In this document: positions 19,098-28,445 of the stretch, in pieces
How the letters are laid out: each line of letters starts with the position of its first letter
How positions within the stretch are numbered: position 1 is the first letter of the stretch
Origin: Paracoccaceae bacterium
GTDB taxonomy: Bacteria; Pseudomonadota; Alphaproteobacteria; Rhodobacterales; Rhodobacteraceae
DNA length: 64,000 nt
NCBI GenBank assembly: GCA_963664045.2
Contig: CAXXGT010000007.1
Coordinates: forward strand, 170,826-234,825
Direction: 5' to 3'
The notes under the pieces: model-generated
What the model was told of the DNA's origin: nothing
What the model saw: the letters and a program-made list of their open reading frames with translations, nothing else
Databases searched by the model: none
Position numbers and translations under genes: made by a program

Positions 19098-19968
19098 TAT
19101 CGGGAACGGACGCGGTGCGATCGTGGAATCCACCGGAGCGAAACTCGGGGCTGCCGCGGTTGCCGGGTTGGCCATCCTCGAGACGCCGGCCCGCCATGAA
19201 TTCCTCGAGGAACTGTACATGTTGGCGGAAGGAATCAAGTCACTGGCAGACGGCGAACTCGGCTTCCGCACGTTCTTCTTTCCGAGGGAGCGCGACGGCG
19301 AGAACTGGAACTTCTACTCCGGCGAAGCCCTGCTGTTCTGGGCCGAAGCGAAGCGCCATGAACTGCCGGGGGCGCCGTCACTTGCGCAATGTGCAGAAAC
19401 GTTCGAACTGTGTCGCACACGGCACTACAGGAGGAGAAACCCCGCCTTTGTGCCGTGGCATACACAGGCCTGCGTGTCCTTGTTTGCGCAAACCGGTCGC
19501 CAGGAATTCGCGGACTTCGCCTTTGAAATCAATGATTGGCTGTTGCCGATGCAGCAGTGGGACGGATTGCCGACAGACATGCGAGGCCGGTTTTACAATC
19601 CGCGCCGTCCCGATTTCGGTCCTCCGCATGCCGCGTCAACAGGGGCGTATGTGGAAGGAATATCCGAGGCGGCAGCACTCGCGCGGGCCGTGGGTGACCA
19701 GGTCCGCGCCGCGTCGTACGACCTTGCGATTGGCCGGGGACTACGGTCCCTGAGACAATTGCAATTCCGCGACGCCCGGGATGCGTTTTATGTCTCGAAA
19801 CGGAACCGCGTCATGGGAGCGCTCCGCACCGAGGTCTACGACAACGCGATCAGAATAGATTCGGCTGCTCATGCACTCCTGGCGGCAATGAAGACCTTGC
19901 ACCCCTCAACACTCTACGTGAAACCCGCCGTTTCGGCGGCCAGGGCTGGTATCCCGTCCAGCTCCTGA
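18604..19968 (+). CDS. hypothetical protein, possibly (alpha/alpha)-toroid fold
   Basis: First Met after the luxR stop, in the frame of ORF 18127..19968. An upstream TTG at 18469 is also possible. The fold guess is weak. Confidence 0.55.
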   Translation: MEIALGDAVARFAPMQMIAANLSFERALERFLAEQAITAGEFAANGALRVFHAEQFLLPNGNPDQAVKLFRGSTLVDESMSTSEDHASGLVDGIKHWMIHNQSSKGRIPYKYWPSRGTESPADNAIRNFLASWSLARLAKHGNSAETGEVARLNLRFNLSRYFRPIGNGRGAIVESTGAKLGAAAVAGLAILETPARHEFLEELYMLAEGIKSLADGELGFRTFFFPRERDGENWNFYSGEALLFWAEAKRHELPGAPSLAQCAETFELCRTRHYRRRNPAFVPWHTQACVSLFAQTGRQEFADFAFEINDWLLPMQQWDGLPTDMRGRFYNPRRPDFGPPHAASTGAYVEGISEAAALARAVGDQVRAASYDLAIGRGLRSLRQLQFRDARDAFYVSKRNRVMGALRTEVYDNAIRIDSAAHALLAAMKTLHPSTLYVKPAVSAARAGIPSSS

Positions 19969-19981
19969 TCGAAGACAGGAT

Positions 19982-20596
19982 TCAACAACGACTGCCAGCC
20001 GCGACCGACGCAGCTGGCCTGTCTTCCAGCGGGAAAACGAAAAATCCTTGTCCACGGGGTGGAAGGACATCGAATATCAGATGCACGCGCGGCTCATCGG
20101 AACGATTGTCCGCCCAGTGTCTTGCCTTGTTGTTGAAGACCCAGAGCTCGCCTTCCTGCATTACGACCGTTTCATCCTCGGCTGTCAGCGGACTTCCCCG
20201 TGAACTCTTCAGGACCAGGTGGAACCGGTCCCTGATGCGATAGTATGCACCGACATCGATATGGGGGAGCACCTTGCACTCCGGCAGGAGTGACACAAGG
20301 GTCGCTCGGCCAAGCAGCCCTCCCATCGCGTCGGCAACCCGTTGGCAATATGCCAAAGTACGGGGAAACTCCTTTGCAGCAGGTGAAACCCGGCTTTCGT
20401 GAACATCGTTGGCGTTTGTTGCTCCGGGCGGCAAGGGTTTCCTGGCCGAGCGCAGGAAAATGTTTCGCGTATTTCGCTGACAACGAACCTTGCGCTGGCG
20501 GCTGGTGTCCGTCAGCCAAATTTCCGGTTCCGCATCCAGTTCCGCCAGTATCGGTGAGATGCTCTCGTTTTCGGAAATTCTGATGAAATGTGACAT
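19982..20596 (-). CDS. aspartyl/asparaginyl beta-hydroxylase-family (cupin) protein
   Basis: HIDVGAYY ... GELWVFNNKARHWADNRS ... RVHLIFD pattern. Start taken at MSHFIR; the ORF is open to 20635. Confidence 0.75.
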   Translation of the reverse strand: MSHFIRISENESISPILAELDAEPEIWLTDTSRQRKVRCQRNTRNIFLRSARKPLPPGATNANDVHESRVSPAAKEFPRTLAYCQRVADAMGGLLGRATLVSLLPECKVLPHIDVGAYYRIRDRFHLVLKSSRGSPLTAEDETVVMQEGELWVFNNKARHWADNRSDEPRVHLIFDVLPPRGQGFFVFPLEDRPAASVAAGSRC

Positions 20597-20640
20597 GGAT
20601 CGGGAATCCCCTGTTTCGGTGGGTGCATGCTGCATTTTGA

Positions 20641-20877
20641 TCAGGAAGATCTACGAACGTATTCCCGGCAAGTCCGGGCCTGGTCCCGCATGACCTTGTA
20701 GTCGCTGATCATCTCGACGACCGGCGAGCCATCGGGCAGCCTTTCGATTTCCGCTGCCGCCCGGGTCCGGAATTCGGAACCGTAGTCAACAACTTCCGGG
20801 CAGACGTCAGAAGTCGTCGTTACGCAGGCTGTCAGAAAGATCATCGGCACTATCAGGGCGATTTTCCATCGCTTCAA
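20641..20877 (-). CDS. small lipoprotein (o-spanin-like?)
   Basis: TTG start. [18 protein letters not shown] carries a lipobox. The mature part has 2 further Cys residues. It overlaps the 3' end of the (GD)n gene by 71 nt in another frame. Confidence 0.5.
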   Translation of the reverse strand: MKRWKIALIVPMIFLTACVTTTSDVCPEVVDYGSEFRTRAAAEIERLPDGSPVVEMISDYKVMRDQARTCREYVRRSS

Positions 20878-21628
20878 GCATCTTGCGGCGTAGCTCCTCA
20901 AGATATGCGTCCCCGTCGCCATCGCCATCGCCACGGAGATGGCCATCGCCGTCTCCGTCTCCATCACCGTCTCCGTCTCCGTCTCCATCACCGTCTCCGT
21001 CTCCGTCTCCATCACCGTCCCCGTCCCCGTCTCCATCACCGTCCCCGTCTCCGTCTCCGTCTCCGTCGCCATCGCCGTCTCCGTCGCCATCGCCATCGCC
21101 GTCTCCATCGCCGTCTCCGTCTCCATCACCGTCGCCATCACCGTCTCCGTCTCCATCACCGTCGCCGTCTCCATCACCGTCGCCATCGCCGTCTCCGTCT
21201 CCGTCTCCGTCTCCGTCTCCGTCCCCGTCCCCGTCGCCATCGCCGTCTCCGTCTCCATCACCGTCTCCATCACCGTCGCCATCACCGTCTCCGTCGCCAT
21301 CGCCGTCTCCGTCTCCATCGCCGTCTCCGTCTCCATCACCGTCTCCATCGCCGTCCCCGTCGCCATCGCCGTCGCCATCGCCGTCCCCGTCCCCGTCTCC
21401 ATCGCCGTCCCCGTCTCCATCGCCGTCCCCGTCGCCATCGCCGTCGCCGTCGCCGCCATTGGCGCGGGCCTCCTGAAAATAGGGGACAACCTTCCCGCCC
21501 AGAAGTTGAATGCCGCTCAGCATTGGAAGTATCAGAGTCAGCAGGGCACCACTCAGAAGCAATGCCACGCGCCGCAAAAGGCGCAGTCCGAACGTTTTCT
21601 TTCTTAACTTTTCGGTTTCACGACGCAT
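20807..21628 (-). CDS. membrane-anchored (Gly-Asp)n repeat protein
   Basis: 273 aa with an N-terminal basic stretch plus TM ([19 protein letters not shown]), roughly 90 GD dipeptides, then [16 protein letters not shown]... The frame choice is discussed in the findings. Confidence 0.5.
   Translation of the reverse strand: MRRETEKLRKKTFGLRLLRRVALLLSGALLTLILPMLSGIQLLGGKVVPYFQEARANGGDGDGDGDGDGDGDGDGDGDGDGDGDGDGDGDGDGDGDGDGDGDGDGDGDGDGDGDGDGDGDGDGDGDGDGDGDGDGDGDGDGDGDGDGDGDGDGDGDGDGDGDGDGDGDGDGDGDGDGDGDGDGDGDGDGDGDGDGDGDGDGDGDGDGDGDGDGDGDGDGDGDGDGDGDGHLRGDGDGDGDAYLEELRRKMLEAMENRPDSADDLSDSLRNDDF
20909..21455. repeat. hexanucleotide (period-6) repeat tract, about 90 units
   Basis: Units gccatc/gccgtc/tccgtc/tccatc/accgtc. 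Variation is confined to two positions per unit. Confidence 0.95.
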
Positions 21629-21713
21629 TTTCCCGTACCCACCATTTCAAGAGTGTCTGACCAATCATGAACGCGGATTCAGAATATTGCTTGTCGGCAT
21701 GGTTGCTATCCTA

Positions 21714-21779
21714 GGTTTGTTATAAAACCTGCCGTCGAAGCATCGTGGTTTGTTATAAAACCTGCCGTCGAAGGATCGC
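21714..21779 (+). repeat. 33-bp tandem repeat x2 (a third unit starts and runs into R1a)
   Basis: ggtttgttataaaacctgccgtcgaag[c/g]atcg[t/c] occurs twice. Each unit starts with the ggttt...aaacc mini-palindrome. Confidence 0.9.
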
Positions 21780-21784
21780 GGTTT

Positions 21785-21836
21785 GGCCTAAACCCAACAA
21801 AGATCCCATGAGGCGCGCAGAGCTGGCGTTACGTTC
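21785..21836 (+). repeat. R1a: IS-end-like repeat
   Basis: GGCCTAAACCCAACAAAGATCCCATGAGGCGCGCAGAGCTGGCGTTA. Further copies lie at 39237-39271 (inverted) and 43265-43316. Confidence 0.8.
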
Positions 21837-22191
21837 CCCTCTTCAGGAGATCTTCAAATGCCACCACGGCCGTGGTGATCGACCGAACCGAATTTTCATA
21901 CCATATCCCCTGGATCACACCCTTTTCAGGTTTCCGTGCGGGCTGATCCGATCTACTGTATGCGTTTCAATTCGCACTCACCTCGGGGTTGATTGAGCAT
22001 GCGGCCCGTCTTCCGCCGGCGCCAGCGTCGATGCGCCGGTCCAGGTGGTTCGCACTGCCTTCGTCGTCCGTGAAGTCGGCGCGCAGGTGAAAAATCCCTT
22101 CGTCGGTCTCGAACGCGGTGATCGAGAATCTGATCAGTACAAATTCCTTCCGGTTTCAGCCGGCGTTGTCGAGCGTGTCCAGGTCGGCCTG

Positions 22192-22407
22192 TCACGCGAT
22201 CCCGTTTCGCCTGGCGATCCGCATGACGGCGACATGGGACCAGCCGCGGGGCTGCCAATAGGCGCGGCTGCCTGGCGGTGGATGACCGGCCGCCTGAAGC
22301 GCCGCGGCGATTTCGCGATACGTGGCGCCTTCGGCGCGCATCCGCCGAATGACATCGACAACGGTCGCGTCGAGGCGGGCGAGGCGCCGTGCGATGATCG
22401 CCCGGGA
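22192..22407 (-). pseudogene. recombinase/resolvase-type HTH fragment
   Basis: Stop-bounded 72-codon frame reading ..VIRRMRAEGATYREIAAALQAAGHPPPGSRAYWQPRGWSHVAVMRIARR. No catalytic domain is present. Confidence 0.3.
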
Positions 22408-22725
22408 CTATTTTCGGTTCTCCGGGCTCCAGCTCCGTCGTCTTGCCATGCAATTCCCCCGGCATGCGGCGATGCGCGGCCAGGCATTTTGGTACAACCG
22501 TTCAATCAGGCCACGATGGCCGTGCCGGTTATCGCGACGAGCGGATTTCCGGCGCAGCCCGTCGAGATCGTGACGAAAAAGCGTCCCATACCGCCGTCAC
22601 TGCGGTGCATCCCGACCATGACGCCGTAGAGGCCATTTTCGAGCCCCGTGAGAGCCATTTCGCCCCGGATGACCATAACCTCATCCGCAAGGCATTTCGT
22701 GCGTCCTGTGGTTAGTGACGTGCAC

Positions 22726-22875
22726 GTCATTAACTTACATGACCCGGGATCCGTACCAAACAGATTGTACTCAAACAGGGACGATGAAGAACACTCTACG
22801 CCCCGTGCGGGCGTCAAGGCTCAAGTACGTCTCACCCCTCGGATGGGCACATACACCGATCACAGGCGAATACAG
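22726..22875 (+). repeat. R2A: composite intergenic repeat (uninterrupted paralog of the IS110 target)
   Basis: 22726-22812 matches 37263-37298 plus 39090-39137. 22804-22875 matches 28262-28347 inverted. Confidence 0.8.
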
Positions 22876-22976
22876 ATGGCCCAGAATGGAGAAAAAAAAC
22901 GCTTAGAGTGTCATTTCGCTCCCTGCCGGAGTCGACCCCGATTTGCGATCGTGGCAGAGCTGCTACACAAATTAAT

Positions 22977-25900
22977 TCATTCCGGCCTTGAAACATCCAG
23001 GACGAAGACATCGATCCAAAAACGACGCTCCTCAGGGAGGCGTTCAACCAGCATTTGCTTCAGAGCTTCGGGCGTCTCGGGCCGTTTAAGGCCGTCCGGA
23101 TGCCCCGGCAGGTGTTTCCCGGCAACATCACCGAACCAGAGGACGATATAGGCGCCTCGGCCGTCGGCCTGCCAGTCTCGTGCATAGTTCGCATCAAGCT
23201 GGTCGCATGCCGCATGCCACACTTTCCGATGCCATTGGCCTTTGATTTCGACGGGCAGCCCGATGGTATTGCGGATGGCCGCGATGTCAGCTCGTTTCTG
23301 CCGGGGCATGTGCCTTTCCGGTTCGAACCGGATCGATGGCGGCAATTGTTGCGATATGTATTCTATCGTGCGATTGCGGCAAAAGGTTTCCCACCGAGGC
23401 CGATCACCGACCCAGTACGCTTCCCACATGTCGGTGTTGCTTCCCCGGATCTTTTTCTGGAGTTCTTCGATGCGATCGGCGAAGAAGGCGCGCATCTGGT
23501 CGATGCTTTCCGGCGGGCCGTTCGTTACCGCGGATCGCAGTTCGTCGATGGTGGGCGTGGAATAGTCCTGGTCGCGGCGGCGTTTCAGTTGTAGCGCCAG
23601 GGCATGCTTCATCGTGTCAATGTAGGTGGGGGCGTGATTGGCAATCAGACCTTGCAATGTGACAGTGGCCTCGGATTCCGGGCGGCTTGCGATCGCATGG
23701 ACGGTTTCCCGGATGAACCCGCTTGCATCCCACGGGTTGCAGTCGCCTGACGTGACGCTAGGCCTTGGAGTGTTCGGCCAATGTTCGCCGAAGTACGCCA
23801 CGATGAATTCGAGTTGGTCGATCGAGAAGCGGTCGAAGCGTTGGCCGCCTTGCGACACGATGCGGTCTCGCAGAATCCAGATGAACTTGGGATGTTCCGC
23901 CGCTGCATTCGCCAGAGCGGACCGGCGATTCTCAAGGTCGACGACATAGTCCGCGGACAACCATAACAGCCGGGTCGCGAGGTCGGGGTGGGCACGCTCC
24001 CTGAAATCAACAGCCAGTTCCTGCCCCGCCTTGCGCGGCGCGTTTCCGAGCGCACAGGCCAGCAAGTTCGCCTGAACATCGAGATTCAGCATGGGGTAGC
24101 CGCGCAGCCATTCGATGGAGAGGCGGCTGGCCAGATCGGAAAAGGAAACATCGCACATCAGACGAGATAAATCGCTCGGAAAGTTGCGTTTTCGGTCCAG
24201 TTGAGGCTCGATACTCGTCCGGAAAAAATCCTCCCAATCCGAATCGCTTTTAAACAGCGCCGTTTCGATTTCCGAACCGACGGACTGCAGTTTGGACGAA
24301 CCGAATTCCGGCCCGCGCCGCCATGCCATGTAGGCTGCTGCAAGCGTGTCACGGTCGATCCCGGTGAGGGGCAGCCCGCGGCGAAGGATCTCTGCGATAC
24401 CCGCGATCATTGGAGCTTCAGCCACGCAGCGCCCGTTCTCACAATGGGTCTCGGCAATCCTTGAGGCAGACGGTAGATCGTCACGATCGAGAACTGTGAC
24501 GAAACCCGACAATACCAGGTCGGCCAGCTCCTTGCCGAGAAAGGCGCAAAGGCGGTTCACAGGTGATTCCTCGAACTTGAAATGAATGGGCGCACCCAGC
24601 GAAACAGATCGCTTCAGGTAGACGCAGGCAGGCGTTTCAAGAATGTGAACATCGCCAGCCGCCACATCGTCGGCACTTTCAGCAAGCCGTTGGCGATGGA
24701 TTCGACAGATCGCCTCGCGGCGTGCCTTATGCTTCGCGTCCCATTCAGCTCGTACAGCCCCCCTGTCCGTGGCCGGTCGTTCTGACATCTCGTCGACAAT
24801 GGACAGTAGTTTCGCGTCGCCTTCGGCGACGTCTACCGCGGCCGTTCGAACGGCATCCGGTAGACCGTCGGAGGTTTGCCCGTGCCGAAGGAGGCCTCGC
24901 CAGGTATCATGATCGATTCTGTCGTCGCCGGTTCGTGCGCACAGGGATCTCAACACGCCGGCAAGGTCTTCCGGCGTCGGGTCCAGTCCGAGTTTCGTAT
25001 CGCAGAGGCGATGGCCGGCCAACCACGTATTCCTGGCGCACGGAGTGAGCAGCACATGTTCGAGAAGCCCCGCGCGCAGGTCGCCGTTTTTCCGGAAAAT
25101 CGTGGTCAGGCGCTTGCTAGCATCTTCGCCATATTCTTGATGCTCGTGCAACCATTCGATCCACGCCCAGACGCGTTCGGGCCGTATCGATGGATCGGCC
25201 TCAAGCACCGTGGCAGCAAGGCGCCTCACCAGCCTTGGGATATGCCACTCCGCATCTAAATTGGGGTCCCGCATCAGCGGCCGTGCGGTTTCGACGAAAT
25301 GATCAAGCCACGACGCAAGTTGTCTTGCATTGAGGTCGCTGAAGAGACTGTCCGGCAGAGACCTGAGTTCGCGCGGCTCCAGGTTTGCGGGAAGCCCGAA
25401 ATACGCCAACACGGTGTCGACGGAGGTGCGGCGGGAAACGCCGAACAGGCCGAGACGGCAGAGTGTTTCGCCTGCGATCCGCGCAGAATCCCGATCGTTC
25501 ATCTCGAGAAGGCGGTGGATGACAGTGTTCCAGTCACTGCGAACACCTGCAGCGTGCAGGGCGTCAGCTGCCGCGGATCGCTCATCGACGTAACGCCGCC
25601 CGTCGGAAATGATCGCGTCCAACGTTTCTTCCAGCTCTTCGGCGAGAGCCGTCCCGGTCATCGCTTCGAGAAGAAGAATCGTGAGCTGAATGTGGCGGCG
25701 GGGCGGATCGATGATGGCGCGAATGTCTTCCTTTAGTTCGATTCGTAGCAGTCCGGAAAGGGGATGGCGGCCCCAGTCCTCGGACCAGAAATACGGATCC
25801 TGGTCGGACAGCTTCTTTAGGGCGGCGAGCAGGGATCGCGCCTGGTCGAGGCTCAGTGTCTCGGCATCGCCGTAGCGCAGCACCGCATATGGGTCGGCTT

Positions 25901-27041
25901 CGATGCAGCGGTGGGCCAGCGTATCGCTGAAATGCGCCATCCATGCATGCAGGCCCCGTAGCGAAGTAGGCACCCCTTCACCCTGGCGAAACAGCGCAAT
26001 GACATTCTTCTCCGAGGCATCAGCATCGAAGCAGTGTGCGAGCCACTTGGCGCCAAGGTATTCCGCGATCACGCGATGGACGTGGGAAAAACGATTTTCA
26101 ACTTCGGACTGGAAGAGGCGGACCCTGAGAACGTCGTTCGCCGCCCCGCCGAATGGTAACTCTGCGACGTCGCGCACATTCAGGTATACCTCCGGTGTTT
26201 CTGAGTACGGACCGGTGAATATTTCGAAGCGGCCGCACAATAGCTGAGCCGCGCATATCGCGCCGGCTGACAACAGCAGTTCTTCCTCGCTTTTGCCAAC
26301 ATGGGGATCCTGTTTGTGGCGCGGATTGGCCTCCTTGAGCATGACGCGGCAGGCGCGATCGAAGAGTTCGGCACGGGTCTCAGGGAGCGGGCTTGCGTCC
26401 TGTGCCACCTCGCCAAGCATTCGCAGAGTGAGAGGATTCTCATGCAGGGCCTCGATTCCGCATCGCGCCAGATGCGCCAACAGTTCGGCAGAATCGATCG
26501 TCGGAAACTCCTCGGCAAGGAAGACACGAGCGTCTCTGTCCGTGAACGGTTGCAGATGAAACAGCACAGGCGCCGCACTATAATCGTCCTCGATCTTCAC
26601 CCGGTCGGCAGCGCCCAGCCAGTCGGCACTACGGCAGGAAAGGATGACGGAAGGATTGCCGGCCGCCGACAGCTGTCGCAGTACTGCGTCGACCGCTCCG
26701 CCCTGCGCGGTGGAGGCGATTTCGTCGAGCCCGTCAACAATGACGCGCTCGGCTCCGGCAACCAAATTCGCTGGATTGGCGGCACGCACGAACGTGCCGG
26801 CCTGGACATATCGCATGCCGGGCTGTTCGCCGAGCCATTGGGTGAGCACGGTCTTTCCCAGACCGGGGTCGCCAAGGATCACGACCGGCTCCCAGAAAGA
26901 GAGTACCTCGTTCTGGCGAATGACACGTTGCCCGCTATTCTCCTGCTCGTGCGTGAGCGTTCGTTCGATTCTGGCCTGCATCGTTGACGCTACCGCATGG
27001 GACATGACCTTGCCTTCGAGCTCTACGGGAACCCGGCTCAA
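22977..27041 (-). CDS. NACHT/STAND NTPase with C-terminal PD-(D/E)xK (RecB-like) nuclease domain
   Basis: 1354 aa. Walker A GDPGLGKT near residue 60, Walker B RVIVDGLDE, a long helical middle region, and a C-terminus RADIAAI...VEIKGQWH...CDQLDANY. Confidence 0.85.
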   Translation of the reverse strand: MSRVPVELEGKVMSHAVASTMQARIERTLTHEQENSGQRVIRQNEVLSFWEPVVILGDPGLGKTVLTQWLGEQPGMRYVQAGTFVRAANPANLVAGAERVIVDGLDEIASTAQGGAVDAVLRQLSAAGNPSVILSCRSADWLGAADRVKIEDDYSAAPVLFHLQPFTDRDARVFLAEEFPTIDSAELLAHLARCGIEALHENPLTLRMLGEVAQDASPLPETRAELFDRACRVMLKEANPRHKQDPHVGKSEEELLLSAGAICAAQLLCGRFEIFTGPYSETPEVYLNVRDVAELPFGGAANDVLRVRLFQSEVENRFSHVHRVIAEYLGAKWLAHCFDADASEKNVIALFRQGEGVPTSLRGLHAWMAHFSDTLAHRCIEADPYAVLRYGDAETLSLDQARSLLAALKKLSDQDPYFWSEDWGRHPLSGLLRIELKEDIRAIIDPPRRHIQLTILLLEAMTGTALAEELEETLDAIISDGRRYVDERSAAADALHAAGVRSDWNTVIHRLLEMNDRDSARIAGETLCRLGLFGVSRRTSVDTVLAYFGLPANLEPRELRSLPDSLFSDLNARQLASWLDHFVETARPLMRDPNLDAEWHIPRLVRRLAATVLEADPSIRPERVWAWIEWLHEHQEYGEDASKRLTTIFRKNGDLRAGLLEHVLLTPCARNTWLAGHRLCDTKLGLDPTPEDLAGVLRSLCARTGDDRIDHDTWRGLLRHGQTSDGLPDAVRTAAVDVAEGDAKLLSIVDEMSERPATDRGAVRAEWDAKHKARREAICRIHRQRLAESADDVAAGDVHILETPACVYLKRSVSLGAPIHFKFEESPVNRLCAFLGKELADLVLSGFVTVLDRDDLPSASRIAETHCENGRCVAEAPMIAGIAEILRRGLPLTGIDRDTLAAAYMAWRRGPEFGSSKLQSVGSEIETALFKSDSDWEDFFRTSIEPQLDRKRNFPSDLSRLMCDVSFSDLASRLSIEWLRGYPMLNLDVQANLLACALGNAPRKAGQELAVDFRERAHPDLATRLLWLSADYVVDLENRRSALANAAAEHPKFIWILRDRIVSQGGQRFDRFSIDQLEFIVAYFGEHWPNTPRPSVTSGDCNPWDASGFIRETVHAIASRPESEATVTLQGLIANHAPTYIDTMKHALALQLKRRRDQDYSTPTIDELRSAVTNGPPESIDQMRAFFADRIEELQKKIRGSNTDMWEAYWVGDRPRWETFCRNRTIEYISQQLPPSIRFEPERHMPRQKRADIAAIRNTIGLPVEIKGQWHRKVWHAACDQLDANYARDWQADGRGAYIVLWFGDVAGKHLPGHPDGLKRPETPEALKQMLVERLPEERRFWIDVFVLDVSRPE

Positions 27042-27344
27042 ACGATCCTCTGATCGTGAATCCCTGTCCCGTCAAGACCTGGCATCCGCCGTGAGTCCGC
27101 CGGGGGATGCGGTATCCTGTCCATGGAGTTGGAGTAGAGCTTGCGTTCTGTGAGCGAATTCATGAGTGACCACATATTCCGAGATCATGGGCAATCCACC
27201 GGGTGAGACTCCCAGGCGCAGCCGCCATCGCCTCGAAAGTGCGTTATTTCAACCTCTCGAATCTCCGTGGCGGTGCTCGTCTAAGACCTTTTCGATGTAG
27301 GTCCACGGCTGTATTGCCTCTTTGGAATCTCACCTATATCGGTA

Positions 27345-27715
27345 TCAGTTCAAGCGAAACGGGCCCTTCTCATTGTTCACGCTAGGCTCCAACGAAATAG
27401 ACTGCCGCCAGCGAGAAAGGTTCCTGCTGGGCAACCCGGGAACGGACATCAGCACCGCCTCATCATGGGCCTGACGAACCGGGTCTGCATGTATTTCGGG
27501 CAGCGGTCGCAACGCTTCTTCCGCGTATTTCTCGTAGGTCGCCGCCAACGCCGCGATGTCACACTGGGTCGGGTCCGGAACCGGAAGCGACCGCAGACCA
27601 TCAAGAGTGAAACTCGGATAAGTGAGTTTCTTCTGCCGTGTGTTCAGGAACGCGATGATGCCGAAAGTTGAGTTCAGCCAAACGCACCCCGCTTGGCAAT
27701 CCTTTTCCTTATTTT
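27345..27715 (-). pseudogene. C-terminal fragment of a DNA methyltransferase-like protein
   Basis: ..VWLNSTFGIIAFLNTRQKK...LRSLPVPD...LPEIHADPVR resembles MTase C-terminal regions. The 5' side is cut off by the MITE-like element at 27716. Confidence 0.4.
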
Positions 27716-28104
27716 GGCCTAAACCCAACAAAAGTACGTAAAGTAACATTGCCTATTCCGTATCCCGCTGGTGTGCCTTCCTTTTCATCTGGCTGGCGGC
27801 TCCCAATTCTCGGGGACGATCCCGGGGGCTGATTTGGGGGGCAGTACGCCGGTATTGTCCTGAAGCTTCTCGTAGGAAAAGTCATGCTCCCCGAGCAGGT
27901 TGAAATGCCCCATGACTGAGAAGCCTGTCCCGCTCTTCCGGAGACCCGGCGGCCCCAAGCCGACGTGTCATGTAGAGATAGTTCCAACAGATGATGCTGT
28001 TTCCCGCCAGAACGTATCCGGGAACTCAGACAAGAACGTGCTGAAACCGTGAATCCGGGTCGCTCCCCTTATGTTATTTTACGTACTTTTGTTGGGTTTA
28101 AGCC
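27716..28104. mobile_element. MITE-like element (389 bp) with ~34-bp terminal inverted repeats
   Basis: GGCCTAAACCCAACAAAAGTACGTAAAGTAACAT at the left versus its reverse complement (2 mismatches) at the right. It shares the first 17 nt with R1. Confidence 0.6.
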
Positions 28105-28261
28105 TAAATTGGCGCGTGTGCCGAGCACGAGGCCCTTGCCACGGACCTGTGAAACGAGTGAGTCCCATAGGAAGCGCAACACGTTGGAAGAAAGTTCTTC
28201 CCCGTGCCCTTTGGCAGCCTGCCAATTTCTGGGATTTATTTCGGGTCGATTCCGGTAGCAC

Positions 28262-28347
28262 CTGTATTCGCCGGTGAGGAGGATGTGTTCCCATCCGAGT
28301 GGTGAGATGTGCCTGAGCAGGTTCTCTGGTATCTTGAGGCCTGCACG
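28262..28347 (-). repeat. R2C: partial inverted copy of the distal half of R2A
   Basis: The reverse complement aligns to 22804-22875 with one internal indel block. Confidence 0.6.
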
Positions 28348-28445
28348 TTTGCGTCTCGAAAGCCCGCGACGAAATTCTAAACTCTACCGCAGAATAGACC
28401 CAAATGCCATCATTGGGTTTCTTGCCAAAGAGTACAAAAAACCAT

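Noticed and set aside
20883-21660. Plus-strand ORFs across the hexamer repeat, namely a perfect (Ser-Pro)n frame and Arg/His/Leu and Ala/Val/Ile/Ser frames, plus the minus-strand Met/Glu/Thr/Ala frame (20641..21489).
   Set aside because: They are by-products of the period-6 repeat. The SP frame lacks a plausible N-terminus and C-terminus and opposes the local gene orientation. It cannot be excluded from sequence alone, because the repeat's variable sites are synonymous in both the GD and SP frames.
21714-21779. Possible CRISPR-like array (33-bp repeats).
   Set aside because: The two units are directly adjacent with no spacers, and no cas genes are present. It is a simple tandem duplication.
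22738-22756. CCCGGGATCC (adjacent SmaI and BamHI sites) as possible cloning-vector contamination.
   Set aside because: The same sequence occurs in two diverged copies of repeat R2 (22741 and 37281) within native-looking context, and no other polylinker sequence surrounds it.
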